DNA of 63,328 nucleotides, counting the filler, from Klebsormidium nitens (taxonomy: Eukaryota; Plantae; Klebsormidiophyceae), in NCBI GenBank assembly GCA_000708835.1. It is 6 parts of 6 records of this genome, joined end to end, with 100 filler letters (N's around TTAATTAATTAA, not from the genome) between each part and the next. Parts side by side here need not be neighbours in the genome. Positions count along the whole stretch, not along the records: positions 59,136 to 63,328 come from DF238523.1; 5 more parts are not named here. The stretch is one strand, 5' to 3'. Numbering within the stretch: the first letter of the stretch is position 1; the number at the start of each line of letters is the position of its first letter. Under the pieces are notes generated by a model. That model ran no database searches. It was not told the origin of the DNA and saw only the letters and a program-made list of their open reading frames with translations. Positions 62,511 to 63,328 of this stretch are shown here, in pieces. A program made the translations under genes and the position numbers.

Positions 62511-63328
62511 CGGTCCTGGGCATGCAGCTGACGCACAATAATGAGGCGCGCATCCTGAAACGAACACAAAAGAAGCTGACGAAAGAGCTAATTAGACGGT
62601 ACAGATTTGCGAGCGCTCGGGCTCGCAGCGTCTCTCTCGAAGCCGGAAGCAAGTTGACAAAAGAGGGTGTGGTGAGCCCCTCGTCACACAGCGGTCTCCT
62701 TACAGTAAGTGCGTTGTACCGTAAGTGCCCGTTGTACTTGAGTGTGTGCACCGGGCCCGACATTGCACAGGCAGTGGGCGCGCTTACGAGCTTATGGCGG
62801 GGCCAACCGAGGAGCACTGGCGGAAGCGCTTGGAGTTGTGAACTACCTAGCGGGTACGGCAGAGGACGGGGTAACCTTTGGGGGGAGCGGAGAGACTCTC
62901 ATCGCTTCTTGCGACGGATTACGCGGGTGACGTGGACACGAAGTGGCCCGCAATGGGATACGTCTTCCCAATGTACGGGGGGCGGTGAGCTGGTAGCAGG
63001 CTGCAACCAACGGTGGCGGTCTCGCTAATAGAGGCGGAGTACATGAGCGCAGCAAAAGCGGTAAAGGAGGCGTTGTGGCTCCGCAAGCTCGGGGGAGTTT
63101 TCGCCGGGACGGTCCAAATCTACTGCAACAAGGAAGTGGCAATACGGCTCCTAAAGCACCCGATCGCTTTATAGAGGTCGAAGCACATGTTGACGTGATT
63201 CATCACTTTGCACGGAAACGTGTGGCACGCAAGGAGGTTGCGTGTGCATACTGCAGGATGGAGGACATTCAAGACAAAAGCGTTTGCACTGGGGAAGTTC
63301 AAGAAGGTGCAAGGGTGTGACGGTTGGA
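62510..63328 (+). mobile_element. Copia RT C-terminus + RNase H fragment, degenerate
   Basis: LGMQL, LYLSVCTGPDIAQAVG, EAEYMSAAKAVKEALWLRKL, RSKH and HHFAR. Multiple frameshifts. Confidence 0.85.

Noticed and set aside
61532-63028. 498-aa ORF as a real protein
   Set aside because: The first two-thirds is antisense of copia gag/protease; only the part after ~62510 is RT.
1-63328. Capsid, packaging ATPase, protein-primed PolB, rRNA or tRNA genes
   Set aside because: No supporting motifs were seen. Divergent or spliced capsid genes cannot be excluded without profile searches.

Overview
This is eukaryotic nuclear DNA with GT-AG introns. It is probably from a green-lineage organism such as a streptophyte alga, inferred from intron style, a transit-peptide-bearing PPK1 and an NLR. 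The window is six contigs joined by artificial 100-nt linkers (N44-TTAATTAATTAA-N44), plus three plain N gaps, so adjacency across linkers is not evidence. Contig 1 (1-19224) carries a virus-like replication/integration cluster. It has a Prim-Pol/Zn/SF3 helicase gene, a small Cys-containing gene and a PLV-type tyrosine recombinase. It also has a GC-rich AEP primase joined to a UL9-type SF2 helicase through an 837-nt spliceosomal intron. Four arrays of ~72-nt hairpins are interleaved with these genes, and one hairpin loop is flipped. A spliced HNH nuclease gene follows. Contigs 2-3 hold a disrupted NB-ARC-LRR gene, several MITEs (two nested, with 8-bp TSDs), an IS3-like DDE transposase interrupted by a 149-bp solo-LTR-like insert, and decayed Ty1/copia pieces. 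Contig 4 holds an intact 14-exon, ~990-aa polyphosphate kinase 1 gene whose introns contain many degenerate copies of neighbouring exon ends. Contig 5 holds a second Prim-Pol gene with the same N-terminal module but a D5/P4-type helicase, next to a homologue of the same small gene. Contig 6 ends in a copia LTR and back-to-back copia fragments. I saw no capsid, packaging ATPase, rRNA, tRNA or CRISPR array. All family assignments come from motifs recognised by eye, not from database searches.
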